DNA of 64,000 nt from an uncultured Rhodospirillaceae bacterium (GTDB lineage: Bacteria; Pseudomonadota; Alphaproteobacteria; Rhodospirillales; Magnetospirillaceae). The DNA is taken from NCBI GenBank assembly GCA_903941095.1, contig CAJANN010000226.1, positions 374-64,373 of the forward strand, written 5' to 3'. Below, piece after piece: positions 22,211 through 32,233 of this stretch. A model generated the notes under the pieces. The model made no database searches. It was not told where the DNA came from and saw only the letters and a list, made by a program, of their open reading frames with translations. The position numbers were made by a program, and so were the translations under genes. Numbering within the stretch: position 1 is the stretch's first letter; every line of letters starts with the position of its first letter.

Positions 22211-23914
22211 CTAGGCTTCGCGGATGCCGCTCAGGAAGCGGTCGACCTCGGCCCGCAGGTTGGCCGCCTGCATCTGCACCAGTTCCACCGCCTCCAGCAC
22301 CTCGCGGGCGGCTTCGTCGGTCTGGTGGATGGCCCGGCTGACATCGTTGATGTTCTCGTAGACCTGATTGGTGCCGCTGGCGGCATGGTCGATGTTGCGG
22401 GCGATTTCCTGGGTGGCGGCGCCCTGTTCCTCGATGGCGGCGGCGATGGTGGTGGTGATGCCGTCCATGCTGGAAATGGTGGTGCCGATCCCCTGGATGG
22501 CGGTGACCGTCTGGTGGGTTTCCTTCTGGATGGTGGACACCTGGGTGGAAATGTCCTCGGTGGCCTTGACCGTCTGGCGGGCAAGGTTCTTGACCTCGGA
22601 GGCCACCACGGCGAAGCCCTTGCCGGCTTCGCCGGCGCGGGCCGCCTCGACGGTGGCGTTCAGGGCCAGCAGGTTGGTCTGCTCGGCGATGCCGGTGATC
22701 AGTTCGATGATCTCGCCGATCTTGTCGGCGGCTCCGGCCAGCCCGGTGACGCGGACGTTGACGCCGGCCGCCTCGTGCGAGGCGCTGCTGGCCACCTGAT
22801 TGGACATGCCGACCTGCTGGGCGATCTCGGAAATCGAGGTCGACAGCTCTTCCGCGGCTTCGGCGACCATGCGGACGTTTTCATTGGCTTCGTTGGCGTA
22901 CTGGGCCGCCGACTTGGCGTCGTTGGCCGCCGAATCGGCCACGTCGACCAGATGGCGGGTGGTCTTGGTCATCGCCTCGGCCGAGGTGGAAACCGTGTTC
23001 AGTGCGGTGGCGACGGCGCTTTCGAAGCCCTTGATCAGGCTTTCCAGGCGCTGCATCCGCGCTTCGCGGGCGGCGGCGGCCTTGCGGGCCTCTTCCTCCA
23101 TCGCCTGCTTGGCGATGGTGTTTTCCTTGAACACCTGCACGGCGCGGGCGATGTCGCCGACTTCGTCGGGCCGGTCCAGGGATGGCACGTCGATGGATAT
23201 GTCGCCGCCGGCCAGGCCGCCCATGCGCACCGTCATGTCGTGGATGGGCGAGGTGATGACGCTTTTCAGGATCCAGCGCACGCCCAGCACCGCCAGGATG
23301 GCGGCGACGATGCCGCCGATGGTCAGGAAGGTCAGGACCTGACGCAGCTTGGCTTCGGCCTCGGCGGTGGACAGGGACGACGACAGGACGGCGATGACTT
23401 CGCCGCTTTCCATGCCCATGCCGCCGTGGCAGGCGAAGCAGACCTCGTCCTTGGCACCCTCGGTGACGCCCAGGACGATGGGATAGGCATAGCGGTAATA
23501 GCCGCCGACCATGCGGCCGACCGGCTCCTTCAGGGTGAAGGCCTCGACGTCGATGGCGTCCTGCGGCTTCTTCGCCGGCTTGGACGGATCGGTTTCGGCC
23601 ATGTGGGCTGCGACCTTGTCGCCCCAGGCGCTCCACACCTTGCCGGGATAATGGACGTTGCGGCTGCCGAACCAGTTGTTGAAGACCTGGATGCCGATAT
23701 TGTCGCCGTCTTCCGGCCGTTTGGCCATGACGTTGAGAATCAGGGCATGGAGCGAGGTCATCTCGTTGAAGGAAAGCTGCTGGAGCTGCCGCTCCATCTC
23801 GCTTTTCTCGAAACGGGCGATGACCAGGACGACGCTTGCCACCAGGGCAATGACGCCGACGCCGACCCTGATCATGAAGCGGCTGGACAGCCGCAGATTA
23901 CGCCAGGCCTGCAC
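22211..23914 (-). CDS. Methyl-accepting chemotaxis protein with periplasmic CxxCH (heme c) sensor domain and HAMP
   Basis: TM1, CFACH, TM2, HAMP (DEVGDIARA), QTNLLALNATVEAARAGEAGKGFAVVASEVK. Confidence 0.93.
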   Translation of the reverse strand: MQAWRNLRLSSRFMIRVGVGVIALVASVVLVIARFEKSEMERQLQQLSFNEMTSLHALILNVMAKRPEDGDNIGIQVFNNWFGSRNVHYPGKVWSAWGDKVAAHMAETDPSKPAKKPQDAIDVEAFTLKEPVGRMVGGYYRYAYPIVLGVTEGAKDEVCFACHGGMGMESGEVIAVLSSSLSTAEAEAKLRQVLTFLTIGGIVAAILAVLGVRWILKSVITSPIHDMTVRMGGLAGGDISIDVPSLDRPDEVGDIARAVQVFKENTIAKQAMEEEARKAAAAREARMQRLESLIKGFESAVATALNTVSTSAEAMTKTTRHLVDVADSAANDAKSAAQYANEANENVRMVAEAAEELSTSISEIAQQVGMSNQVASSASHEAAGVNVRVTGLAGAADKIGEIIELITGIAEQTNLLALNATVEAARAGEAGKGFAVVASEVKNLARQTVKATEDISTQVSTIQKETHQTVTAIQGIGTTISSMDGITTTIAAAIEEQGAATQEIARNIDHAASGTNQVYENINDVSRAIHQTDEAAREVLEAVELVQMQAANLRAEVDRFLSGIREA

Positions 23915-24057
23915 GAGCCCCGTCCTTTATGTGATGCGCTGGGTGCCATCCCCCCACGGGCGGCCGTCGCGGTGATACTAAACCTGCGCCGAGATTATTA
24001 TGAAAGGCCGGTATTGGGAATACCGGCCTTTCGGAAACGCACAAAAAGTTCTGTGGG

Positions 24058-24933
24058 TTAAGCGCGGACCAGCGCCTCGTAGTCGGCGATCAGCCGCTGC
24101 GAGATATCGCCGGGCGTGAAGGCATAGGGGCCGATTTCGCGCACGGGCGTGACTTCCGCCGCCGTTCCGGTCAGGAAGCATTCGGTGGCCTTGGCCATTT
24201 CTTCCGGGAAGATGGCCCGTTCGACCACCTTGATGCCGCGCTTCTTCGCCAGTTCGATCACCGTCTGGCGGGTGATGCCGTTCAGGAAGCAGTCGGGGGT
24301 CGGGGTATGCAGCTCGCCGTCATAGACGAAGAAGATGTTGGCGCCGGTGGCTTCGGCCACCTGGCCGCGCCAGTCCAGCATCAGGCTGTCCTCGAAGCCC
24401 AGCCCTTCGGCCTTGTGCTTGCTGATGGTGCAGATCATGTAAAGACCGGCGGCCTTCGACGAGGTGGGGGCGGTCTCGGGGTGGGGGCGCTTCCATTCGC
24501 TGATGTTCAGGCGGATGCCGCGCATGCGGGCCTCGGGCGACCAATAGCTGGGCCAGCTCCACACGGCGATGGCCACATGGATGCGGTTGGCCTGCGCGGC
24601 CACGCCCATCATCTCGGAGCCGCGCCACGCCACCGGGCGGACATAGCCGTCGACGATGCCGTTGGCCTTGATGGTCGCGTCGGTGGCCGCGTCGATCTCG
24701 GCGGCACTGTAGGGCACCTTCATGCCCAGGATTTCCCCCGACTTGACCAGACGCTCGGAATGTTCGGTCAGCTTGAACACCTTGCCGCCGTATACCCGTT
24801 CGCCTTCGAAGACGCACGAGCCGTAATGCAGGCCGTGGGTCAGGACGTGGACCTTGGCGTCGCGCCACGGCAACAGCGTGCCGTCGAACCAAATGAAGCC
24901 GTCGCGATCATCGAAGGGAAGGACACCAGCCAT
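24058..24933 (-). CDS. ilvE: Branched-chain amino acid aminotransferase
   Basis: LTHGLHYGSCVFEG, KAAGLY, EATGANIF, EECF-type LTGTAAEVTP. Confidence 0.93.
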   Translation of the reverse strand: MAGVLPFDDRDGFIWFDGTLLPWRDAKVHVLTHGLHYGSCVFEGERVYGGKVFKLTEHSERLVKSGEILGMKVPYSAAEIDAATDATIKANGIVDGYVRPVAWRGSEMMGVAAQANRIHVAIAVWSWPSYWSPEARMRGIRLNISEWKRPHPETAPTSSKAAGLYMICTISKHKAEGLGFEDSLMLDWRGQVAEATGANIFFVYDGELHTPTPDCFLNGITRQTVIELAKKRGIKVVERAIFPEEMAKATECFLTGTAAEVTPVREIGPYAFTPGDISQRLIADYEALVRA

Positions 24934-25014
24934 CGGAGAATCCATTCGCAAGAGGGGAGGTTGAGACATAAAGTTACCGTTCGCACTTGCATTGAGTAAC
25001 ATTTTGAGGCCATA

Positions 25015-25035
25015 TATGTCAACATGACTGACATA
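25015..25035. promoter_or_regulatory. Palindromic operator overlapping the MarR start codon
   Basis: TATGTCA-N7-TGACATA in the divergent ilvE/marR region. Confidence 0.7.
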
Positions 25036-25521
25036 AAGACCGGCATCAATCCCCTCTTCCTTCGCGAGGAGGAGCTGCGGCAGGGCATCGAGCTGCTGTT
25101 CTTCGCCTATCGCGATTTCACGGCCGAGCCCGATGCCATCCTGGCCGAGTACGGATTCGGCCGTGCCCATCATCGGGTCATCTATTTCGTCGGCCGCAAT
25201 CCCGGCATGACCGTGTCCGAATTGCTGGACATCCTGCGCATCACCAAGCAGTCGCTGTCGCGGGTGCTCGGCCAGCTGGTCGATGAAGGCTTCGTCACCC
25301 AGCGGCCCGGCGTCCGCGACCGCCGCCAGCGTCTGCTGGCCCTGACCGAAAAAGGCATCGAGATGGAACGCCTGCTGACGGAGCGCCAGCGCGCCCGCAT
25401 CGCCCGCGCCTATCGCGCCGCCGGGGCCGAAGCGGTCGAGGGATTTCGCAAGGTGATGCTGGGACTGGTCGACGAGGCCGACCATCCGCGCTTCCCCTTG
25501 CGTCTTTCCGTCCGGCGCTGA
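25024..25521 (+). CDS. MarR-family regulator (PetP-like)
   Basis: LLFFAYRDF, GRAHHR, LRITKQSLSRVL, DRRQRLL winged helix. Confidence 0.92.
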   Translation: MTDIKTGINPLFLREEELRQGIELLFFAYRDFTAEPDAILAEYGFGRAHHRVIYFVGRNPGMTVSELLDILRITKQSLSRVLGQLVDEGFVTQRPGVRDRRQRLLALTEKGIEMERLLTERQRARIARAYRAAGAEAVEGFRKVMLGLVDEADHPRFPLRLSVRR

Positions 25522-25535
25522 CGGCAGGGGGCGGC

Positions 25536-26222
25536 ATGGACGACAAGGCGCACATCCTGGTGGTCGACGACGACACGAGGCTGCGCGGCCTGTTGCGCAA
25601 GTATCTGGCCGACAACGGCTATCTGGTCGCCGTGGCCGAGGACGCCGTCGAGGCGCGGGCCAAGCTGGCCGCCCTGGCCTTCGACCTGATCGTGCTGGAT
25701 GTGATGATGCCGGGCGAGGACGGCATCTCGCTGACCCGCGACGTGCGCCGCACCTGCGGCGTGCCCATCCTGCTGCTGACGGCGATGGGCGAGACGCAGG
25801 ACCGCATCGCCGGACTGGAAGCCGGGGCCGACGACTACCTGACCAAGCCTTTCGAACCGCGCGAGTTGCTGCTGCGCATCGCCTCGATCCTGCGCCGCGC
25901 TCCCAAGCCCGGCCCCGAACCCGCCGTCCGGCCGCTGGCCCTGGGCCTGTTCGTCTGGGATCCGGCCAGGGCCGAGTTGCGGCAAGGCGACGAGCCGGTG
26001 CACCTGACCACCGCCGAGCGCGAGCTGATGACCATCCTGGCCGACGCCGCCGGACAGGTGGTGGAGCGCGACGACCTGGCGGCGCGCACCGGCAATGCCG
26101 CCAACGCCCGCGCCGTCGACGTCCAGGTCACCCGGCTGCGCAAGAAGCTGGAGGACGATCCGCGCATGCCGCGTTATCTCCAGACGGTGCGCGGCCAGGG
26201 CTACATGCTGAGGCCGGACTGA
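25536..26222 (+). CDS. OmpR-family response regulator (PetR-like)
   Basis: ILVVDDD, LDVMMPGEDG, GADDYLTKPF, RAVDVQVTRLRKK, TVRGQGY. Confidence 0.95.
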   Translation: MDDKAHILVVDDDTRLRGLLRKYLADNGYLVAVAEDAVEARAKLAALAFDLIVLDVMMPGEDGISLTRDVRRTCGVPILLLTAMGETQDRIAGLEAGADDYLTKPFEPRELLLRIASILRRAPKPGPEPAVRPLALGLFVWDPARAELRQGDEPVHLTTAERELMTILADAAGQVVERDDLAARTGNAANARAVDVQVTRLRKKLEDDPRMPRYLQTVRGQGYMLRPD

Positions 26223-26223
26223 C

Positions 26224-27549
26224 ATGCCGCTGACCGGCGCCTGGCTGAAGCGGTTGGCTCCCCAGGGTTTGCTGGGCCGATCCCTGCTGATCATCGTCAC
26301 GCCGCTGATCGTGGTGCAGCTGGTCAGCACCTACATCTTCTACGCCAGCCATTGGGATACCGTCGCCCGCCGTCTGGCCCTGGGGCTGGCCGGCGACATC
26401 GGCGCGGTCATCGAGACCCAGCGGGCCTTTCCCGATCCCGAAAGCCAGCTGCGCGTCATGCGCATCGCCGCCAACAAGATGGATCTGGACATCCGTTTCC
26501 AGCCCGGCGGCATCCTGCCCAACGTCCCGCCGCCGCCGGGGGTGGGGATGATGGAGGCCGCCCTGTACGATGCCCTGGGCGAGCGGGTGCAGCGCCCCTT
26601 CATGGTCGACGCCACCGGCTTCGAACGCGAGGTGGCGATCCGGGTCCAGCTGTCGGACGGATTGCTGGAAATCTTCGTGCCGCGCAAGCGCCTGTTCTCG
26701 TCCACCACCTACATTTTCGTCCTGTGGATGGTCGGGACGTCGATGCTGCTGCTGGGCATCGCCATCGTCTTCATGCGCAATCAGGTCCGCAGCGTGCGCA
26801 AGCTGGCCACCGCCGCCGACCGCTTCGGCCGCGGACTGGAGGTAGCCAACTTCAAGCCGGAAGGCGCCATCGAGGTGCGCCAGGCCGCCCTGGCCTTCAA
26901 CGTGATGCGCGAGCGTCTGAAGCGGCAGATCCAGCAGCGGACCGAAATGCTGGCCGGGGTGTCGCACGACCTGCGCACGCCGCTGACCCGGATGAAATTG
27001 CAACTGGCGATGATGGGCGACATCGACGGCCGGGCCGAGCTTGAGGAAGACGTGGCCGAGATGGAGCGCATGGTCGAAGGCTATCTGGCCTTCGCCCGCG
27101 GCGAGGGCAGCGAGCCGCCGGCATCGGCCGACCTGGGCGCGCTGGTCGAAGAGGTGGCCGGCCGCTTCCGCCGCGAAGGCCGGGAAATGGACGTCCATGT
27201 CGAGGGACGTCTGCAGATGCCGCTGCGGGTCCATGCCCTGTCGCGGGCCTTGGCCAACCTGATCGGCAACGCCTTCCGCTATGGCGGTCACGTCTGGGTA
27301 CGGGTGGTGCGCCAGGACGACGCCGCCGAGGTGATCGTCGACGATGACGGCCCCGGCATTCCCGCCGACAAGCGCGAGCAGGTGTTCAAGCCGTTCCTGC
27401 GGCTGGAAGGGTCGCGCAACATCGCCACCGGCGGCGTCGGGCTGGGCCTGACCATCGCCCGCGACATCGCCCGCGGCCACGGCGGCGACGTGGTGCTGGA
27501 GGACAGCCCCCTGGGCGGGCTGCGGGCGCGGCTGCGGCTGCCGTTCTAG
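26224..27549 (+). CDS. EnvZ-like sensor histidine kinase
   Basis: Two TMs, HAMP, SHDLRTPLTR H-box, DDDGPGI, GGVGLGL. Confidence 0.95.
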   Translation: MPLTGAWLKRLAPQGLLGRSLLIIVTPLIVVQLVSTYIFYASHWDTVARRLALGLAGDIGAVIETQRAFPDPESQLRVMRIAANKMDLDIRFQPGGILPNVPPPPGVGMMEAALYDALGERVQRPFMVDATGFEREVAIRVQLSDGLLEIFVPRKRLFSSTTYIFVLWMVGTSMLLLGIAIVFMRNQVRSVRKLATAADRFGRGLEVANFKPEGAIEVRQAALAFNVMRERLKRQIQQRTEMLAGVSHDLRTPLTRMKLQLAMMGDIDGRAELEEDVAEMERMVEGYLAFARGEGSEPPASADLGALVEEVAGRFRREGREMDVHVEGRLQMPLRVHALSRALANLIGNAFRYGGHVWVRVVRQDDAAEVIVDDDGPGIPADKREQVFKPFLRLEGSRNIATGGVGLGLTIARDIARGHGGDVVLEDSPLGGLRARLRLPF

Positions 27550-28820
27550 CCGGCCAGGAATTCCAGCTGCCAGATCATCTCGTCCTGGGTCAGCGGGAAG
27601 CCGCCGTCACGGCTCCGCAGGGTCCGGCCCGGCGGCAGCTTCAGCAGGCGGGCCTGCAATTGCAGGCACAGCGCCATCGACAGGCCGGCTTTCCAAGTGA
27701 TGGACACCATGCCCTTGGCGCTTTGGGTTTCCACCGTCTTGCGCACCACCAGCGGCGGCAATCCGGCCAGAACCGCCAGCGACGCGCAGACGAAGGCCAG
27801 ATCGTTGCCGGCCAGGGCGGTGTCGACGGTGCTTTCGTCCAACTGGCCTTGCGCATGCAGATGCCGGGCCCGCATCAGGGCGGTCTCTTCGTCGGCGGCG
27901 CGGCGGGCCTCGGCCTTGGCCGGACCGGAGACTTCCAGTTCGTCCAGCCGCTTGCGGACCACGGCGGCCACCGCCACCGTGGTTTCCTGGTCCAGATCGT
28001 GACGGGCGGCCAGTCCCTGCAGCAGGCCGGCGGCGACGAAACGGGCCAGCCTGAGCGTCGCCCGGGACGACAGGGACGGACGCTGGACCAGGGGAAGGTG
28101 CCAGGCTTCGATGTCGGCGGCGCGATCCACCAGCCGGTCCAGCGTCTCTTCGCGGATCTGGGCCGATTCGTTGCCCAGCAGGACGGCGATGGCATCGATG
28201 TCGTCGGTGGCGGCGATGGCGTCGGCGACCCGGACATTGACCCCCTCGCGCCGGGAAATCGCCGACAGGGCGCCGGGAATGGGGCTGGACCCGATGATGT
28301 CCAGCAGATCCTCGTCGGTCAGGATCGGGGAATATTGCAATACCGGCGCCGCCACGGCGATTTCGGCATCCCGGGCCAGCCGGCCGATCAGCTCGGGCGG
28401 GGCGTCGGCGACGTCCTTCAGGGCCTGGGCCAGGATTTCGCGAACCCTGGGGATCTGGTCGCGGGCCAGGGTTTCCAGCGCATCGTAGGTGCAGCGGCGC
28501 AGGCGGTCCTGTTCGTGGGCCGACAGGCCGGGGGCCAGACGGGCGATCTTGCCGGCCAGGTCCAGGCGGACCCGCTCGTCGCCGTCGCCGGCCAGCAGCA
28601 GGTCGGCCTGGGATGGCGTGCGGGGATTGGCGGCGACCAGACGGCGGACGTCGGGATCGGCATCCTCGGCCAGGAAATACAGGATTTCCGGCCGCATCTC
28701 GGGCGAACCGGCCAGCTTGGCCCGCACCGCGGGGTCGGCATCCGCGGCCAGATCGCGGGCTTCTTCATAGGTCACCTTGCGGTCGCCGCCCAGCAGGCGC
28801 TTCAGCAGTCCCAACACCAT
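27546..28820 (-). CDS. DUF2336-domain protein
   Basis: HEAT-like helical repeats, VAAPVLQYSPILTDEDL; family pattern typical of alphaproteobacteria. Confidence 0.8.
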   Translation of the reverse strand: MVLGLLKRLLGGDRKVTYEEARDLAADADPAVRAKLAGSPEMRPEILYFLAEDADPDVRRLVAANPRTPSQADLLLAGDGDERVRLDLAGKIARLAPGLSAHEQDRLRRCTYDALETLARDQIPRVREILAQALKDVADAPPELIGRLARDAEIAVAAPVLQYSPILTDEDLLDIIGSSPIPGALSAISRREGVNVRVADAIAATDDIDAIAVLLGNESAQIREETLDRLVDRAADIEAWHLPLVQRPSLSSRATLRLARFVAAGLLQGLAARHDLDQETTVAVAAVVRKRLDELEVSGPAKAEARRAADEETALMRARHLHAQGQLDESTVDTALAGNDLAFVCASLAVLAGLPPLVVRKTVETQSAKGMVSITWKAGLSMALCLQLQARLLKLPPGRTLRSRDGGFPLTQDEMIWQLEFLAG

Positions 28821-28829
28821 GACCGCCCC

Positions 28830-30485
28830 TCACGCGCCGTTCGGCGGGGGCGGGGCCAGACGCCAGTGCCCCTTGCCGTCGCGTTTGACCTCGTACATCG
28901 CCTTGTCGGCGCGTGCGATCAGCTCGTCCAGTTCTTCCCGGCTGGTCCCGGCATGGACGGCGACGCCCAGCGACATCGCCAGCGGCTTGTCCGGCGATCC
29001 CGAGAATCGGGCCAGCGGCACGCTGGCCTCCAGTATGGCCGCGCACCGATGGATCGCGGTCTGCTCCTCGGCGCCTTCCAGCCAGATGGCGAATTCGTCG
29101 CCCCCCAGGCGGGCCACCAGATCGGTGGGGCGGGTCGATTGCATCAGCAGGTCGCGCACCGCCAGCAGGGCCTGGTCGCCGGTCTGATGGCCGTGCACGT
29201 CGTTGACCGCCTTGAAATTGTCCAGATCGGCGTAGATCAGGGTTGCCGGGCGTTGTTCCCGGGCCAGACGGTGGAAGCGCCGGGCGATTTCCTCGAAGAA
29301 GGCGCGGCGGTTGAACAGGCCGGTCAGCGAATCGGTCCGCGACAGCCGCAGGATCCGCTCGTGATTGGCGATCTGCTCGTTGGCCAAGCCGACCTGATTG
29401 GCGACGTCGTCGATCAGCAGGCGGTCGTCGTCGCCCCACACCGGGCGGGTCTGGTCGCGCCACAGCAGGACGGCGCCGTTGATCTGGGAATGATAGCGGC
29501 TGACCGTGGCCAGCACCGGCCAGCCGTCGATGCTGCCGTCGAAATGGTCGGACTCGACGAAGCTGTCCAGAATGGCCTGCTCGTCGCGGCCGTCGCCGTA
29601 TTGGGCCGCCAGGGCGAAGTCCGGATCTTCGGGCAGGATGCGGAAAATCTGGCAGCCGGTCGCCCCCAGGGCGCGGGCGGTGGCTTCGGCGGCGGCCCGC
29701 AGCATGTCGGCGGGATCGACCTCGTCGCGGATGGTCCGCACGATGTAGGACAGCAGGCGTTCGCGGCTGTTGGCCCGCGACAGGGCGGCGTCGCGCAGGC
29801 GTTCCTGGGTGACGTCGCGGCAGATGCCGCGGGCGCCCATCCAGGCGTCGTGTTCGCCCAGGATCGGCGTGGCCGACGCCAGCAGGCAGGCTTCCGCCCC
29901 GTCGGCCTGACGGATCCACATCTCGGCATCCTCGACCGGCTCGGCGGTCAGGAACGGCGCCGGCCCGGCCGGATCGGTGGCCGCCGAGAATTCCCGGGGG
30001 TGGCGCCCGACCAGCTCGTCGGCGCTGTAGCCCAGGGCGCCCTTGGGGCTGACGAAGACGAAGCTGCCGTCGGCGCCGACTTCCCAGGCGAAATCCGAAC
30101 TGATTTCGACCAGATCCTTGTAGCGTTGCCGGGATTCCACCAGGGCCGAGCGCAGATTGCGCTCCAGGGTGACGTCGCGTCCCAGGACGATCAGATGGCC
30201 GTCATCCGAAACCAGGGCCGACACTTCGAGAATGATGCTGCCGCCGCCGGCCGCCGGCAGGCTTTCCATCATGCCGCAGGGCTGCCCGCTTTCGGCCGCC
30301 AGCAGGGCCGGCAGGGCCTTCAGCCGCCGTTCGGCGATGGCGGCGCGCAGCAGGTCGGCGCGGGCATTGGCGAACAGGACCGTCCCGTCGCGGCTCATCA
30401 CCAGGGCCGGCCCGGGATAGGCGGCCAGGCCGGCGGAGCCCAGAACAACCGGACGGGGTTGGCTGCTATCCTGACTGGCGCTCAT
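28830..30485 (-). CDS. Diguanylate cyclase with PAS and GAF domains
   Basis: RYKDLVEISSDFAWE (PAS), D-LTGLFNRR, DLDNFKAVND, RPTD I-site, GGDEF. Confidence 0.93.
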   Translation of the reverse strand: MSASQDSSQPRPVVLGSAGLAAYPGPALVMSRDGTVLFANARADLLRAAIAERRLKALPALLAAESGQPCGMMESLPAAGGGSIILEVSALVSDDGHLIVLGRDVTLERNLRSALVESRQRYKDLVEISSDFAWEVGADGSFVFVSPKGALGYSADELVGRHPREFSAATDPAGPAPFLTAEPVEDAEMWIRQADGAEACLLASATPILGEHDAWMGARGICRDVTQERLRDAALSRANSRERLLSYIVRTIRDEVDPADMLRAAAEATARALGATGCQIFRILPEDPDFALAAQYGDGRDEQAILDSFVESDHFDGSIDGWPVLATVSRYHSQINGAVLLWRDQTRPVWGDDDRLLIDDVANQVGLANEQIANHERILRLSRTDSLTGLFNRRAFFEEIARRFHRLAREQRPATLIYADLDNFKAVNDVHGHQTGDQALLAVRDLLMQSTRPTDLVARLGGDEFAIWLEGAEEQTAIHRCAAILEASVPLARFSGSPDKPLAMSLGVAVHAGTSREELDELIARADKAMYEVKRDGKGHWRLAPPPPNGA

Positions 30486-30609
30486 GACGTCTTGTCCTGC
30501 CCATCGTTTCTCCCCCCAGGAACCTTGAGTAGCATACTAATGCCGATGAAACGATCACGGAAAGGCCAAGCCATTGCTTTTGCCGGTCCGGACGCGCTAC
30601 CTGTTGGAA

Positions 30610-31308
30610 ATGACCGCGCCGTGCCCCCTCCACCGGGTCGAGACCTGGGTGTTCGATCTCGACAACACCCTGTATCCGGCCACCGCCAGCCTGTTTCCGC
30701 AGATCGACGTGCGGATGCGCCGCTTCATCGCCGACCGGCTCCACCTGCCGATGGACGAAGCCTTCGCCCTGCAGAAACGCTATTACCGCGAATTCGGCAC
30801 CACCTTGCGCGGCCTGATGCTGGTGCACGGGATGGAACCGTCCGACTTCCTGGACTATGTCCATGACATCGACCATTCCATCCTGGGGCCGGCTCCGGCC
30901 CTGGGGGCGGCGCTGGCCGGGATCGAGGGGCGCAAACTGATCTTCACCAACGGGTCCGAGCGTCACGCCGAGAAAGTGCTGGGCCGCCTGGGCATCGCCG
31001 ACCAGTTCAGCGGCATCTTCGACATCGTCGCCGCCCGCTACGTGCCCAAGCCGCAGCCGGAATGCTACCGGGACATGGTCCGCCGTTTCGCCTTCGACCC
31101 GCGCCGCGCGGCGATGGTGGAAGACCTTCACCGCAATCTGAAGCCGGCCGCCGCCATCGGCATGGCCACGGTGTGGCTGCGCCAGGACGATCATCCCGAT
31201 GCCAAGGTGGTCATGCAAGACGATGACGACCTCAGCCACGTCCATCATGTGGTGGACGACCTGACCGTCTGGCTGCAGAGGTTGGCCCGCCCCGGCCGGC
31301 AGGTCTGA
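30610..31308 (+). CDS. Pyrimidine 5'-nucleotidase (HAD superfamily)
   Basis: WVFDLDNTLY, FTNG, PKP, MVEDLHRNL. Confidence 0.9.
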   Translation: MTAPCPLHRVETWVFDLDNTLYPATASLFPQIDVRMRRFIADRLHLPMDEAFALQKRYYREFGTTLRGLMLVHGMEPSDFLDYVHDIDHSILGPAPALGAALAGIEGRKLIFTNGSERHAEKVLGRLGIADQFSGIFDIVAARYVPKPQPECYRDMVRRFAFDPRRAAMVEDLHRNLKPAAAIGMATVWLRQDDHPDAKVVMQDDDDLSHVHHVVDDLTVWLQRLARPGRQV

Positions 31309-31326
31309 ATTCCATGCGGGCGCGCG

Positions 31327-31354
31327 TTGACTTGGGCGCCCGACGCGCTATGTT
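31327..31354 (+). promoter_or_regulatory. Putative sigma70 promoter of dapD-dapE
   Basis: TTGACT-N16-TATGTT. Confidence 0.55.
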
Positions 31355-31390
31355 TCCCCGACGATTTCCCCGTTGCCCGAAGGACACGCC

Positions 31391-32233
31391 ATGAGCTTCG
31401 CCGACCTGCAAAACGCCATCGACACCGCCTGGGAGGCACGTGACGGCATCAACGCCCAGACCGCCGGGGCGGTCCGCGACGCGGTCGAGACGGCGCTGGG
31501 CATGCTGGATACCGGCCATCTGCGCGTGGCCGAGAAGCTGGACGGCGAATGGCGGGTCAACCAGTGGCTGAAGAAGGCCGTGCTGCTGTCCTTCCGCCTG
31601 AACGATTCGGTTCCGGTGCCCGGCGCCCCCAACGGCTCCACATGGTTCGACAAGGTCCCCACCAAGTTCGAAGGCTGGGACGAAGGCACCTTCAAGGCGC
31701 ACGGCTTCCGCGCCGTTCCCGGCTGCGTGGTGCGCCGCCCGGCCTTCATCGCTCCGGGCGTGGTGCTGATGCCCAGCTTCGTCAATGTCGGCGCCTATGT
31801 CGATTCCGGCACGATGATCGATACCTGGGCCACCGTCGGCAGCTGCGCCCAGATCGGCCGCAACGTCCATATCTCGGGCGGGGCCGGCATCGGCGGCGTG
31901 CTGGAGCCGCTGCAGGCCGGGCCGGTCATCATCGAGGACAACGTCTTCGTCGGCGCCCGCGCCGAAGTGGCCGAAGGCGTCATCGTCGAGGAAGGCGCCG
32001 TGCTCAGCATGGGCGTCTATCTCGGCAAGTCGACCAAGATCGTCGACCGCGCCACCGGCGAGGTGTTCTATGGCCGCGTGCCGGCCTATTCGGTGGTGGT
32101 CTCGGGCTCGATGCCCGGCAAGCCCCTGCCCGACGGCACCCCCGGCCCCAGCCTGTACTGTGCCGTCATCGTCAAGCGGGTCGACGAAAAGACCCGCTCG
32201 AAGGTCTCCATCAACGAGCTGTTGCGGGATTGA
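31391..32233 (+). CDS. dapD: Tetrahydrodipicolinate N-succinyltransferase
   Basis: [42 protein letters not shown]. Confidence 0.97.
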   Translation: MSFADLQNAIDTAWEARDGINAQTAGAVRDAVETALGMLDTGHLRVAEKLDGEWRVNQWLKKAVLLSFRLNDSVPVPGAPNGSTWFDKVPTKFEGWDEGTFKAHGFRAVPGCVVRRPAFIAPGVVLMPSFVNVGAYVDSGTMIDTWATVGSCAQIGRNVHISGGAGIGGVLEPLQAGPVIIEDNVFVGARAEVAEGVIVEEGAVLSMGVYLGKSTKIVDRATGEVFYGRVPAYSVVVSGSMPGKPLPDGTPGPSLYCAVIVKRVDEKTRSKVSINELLRD

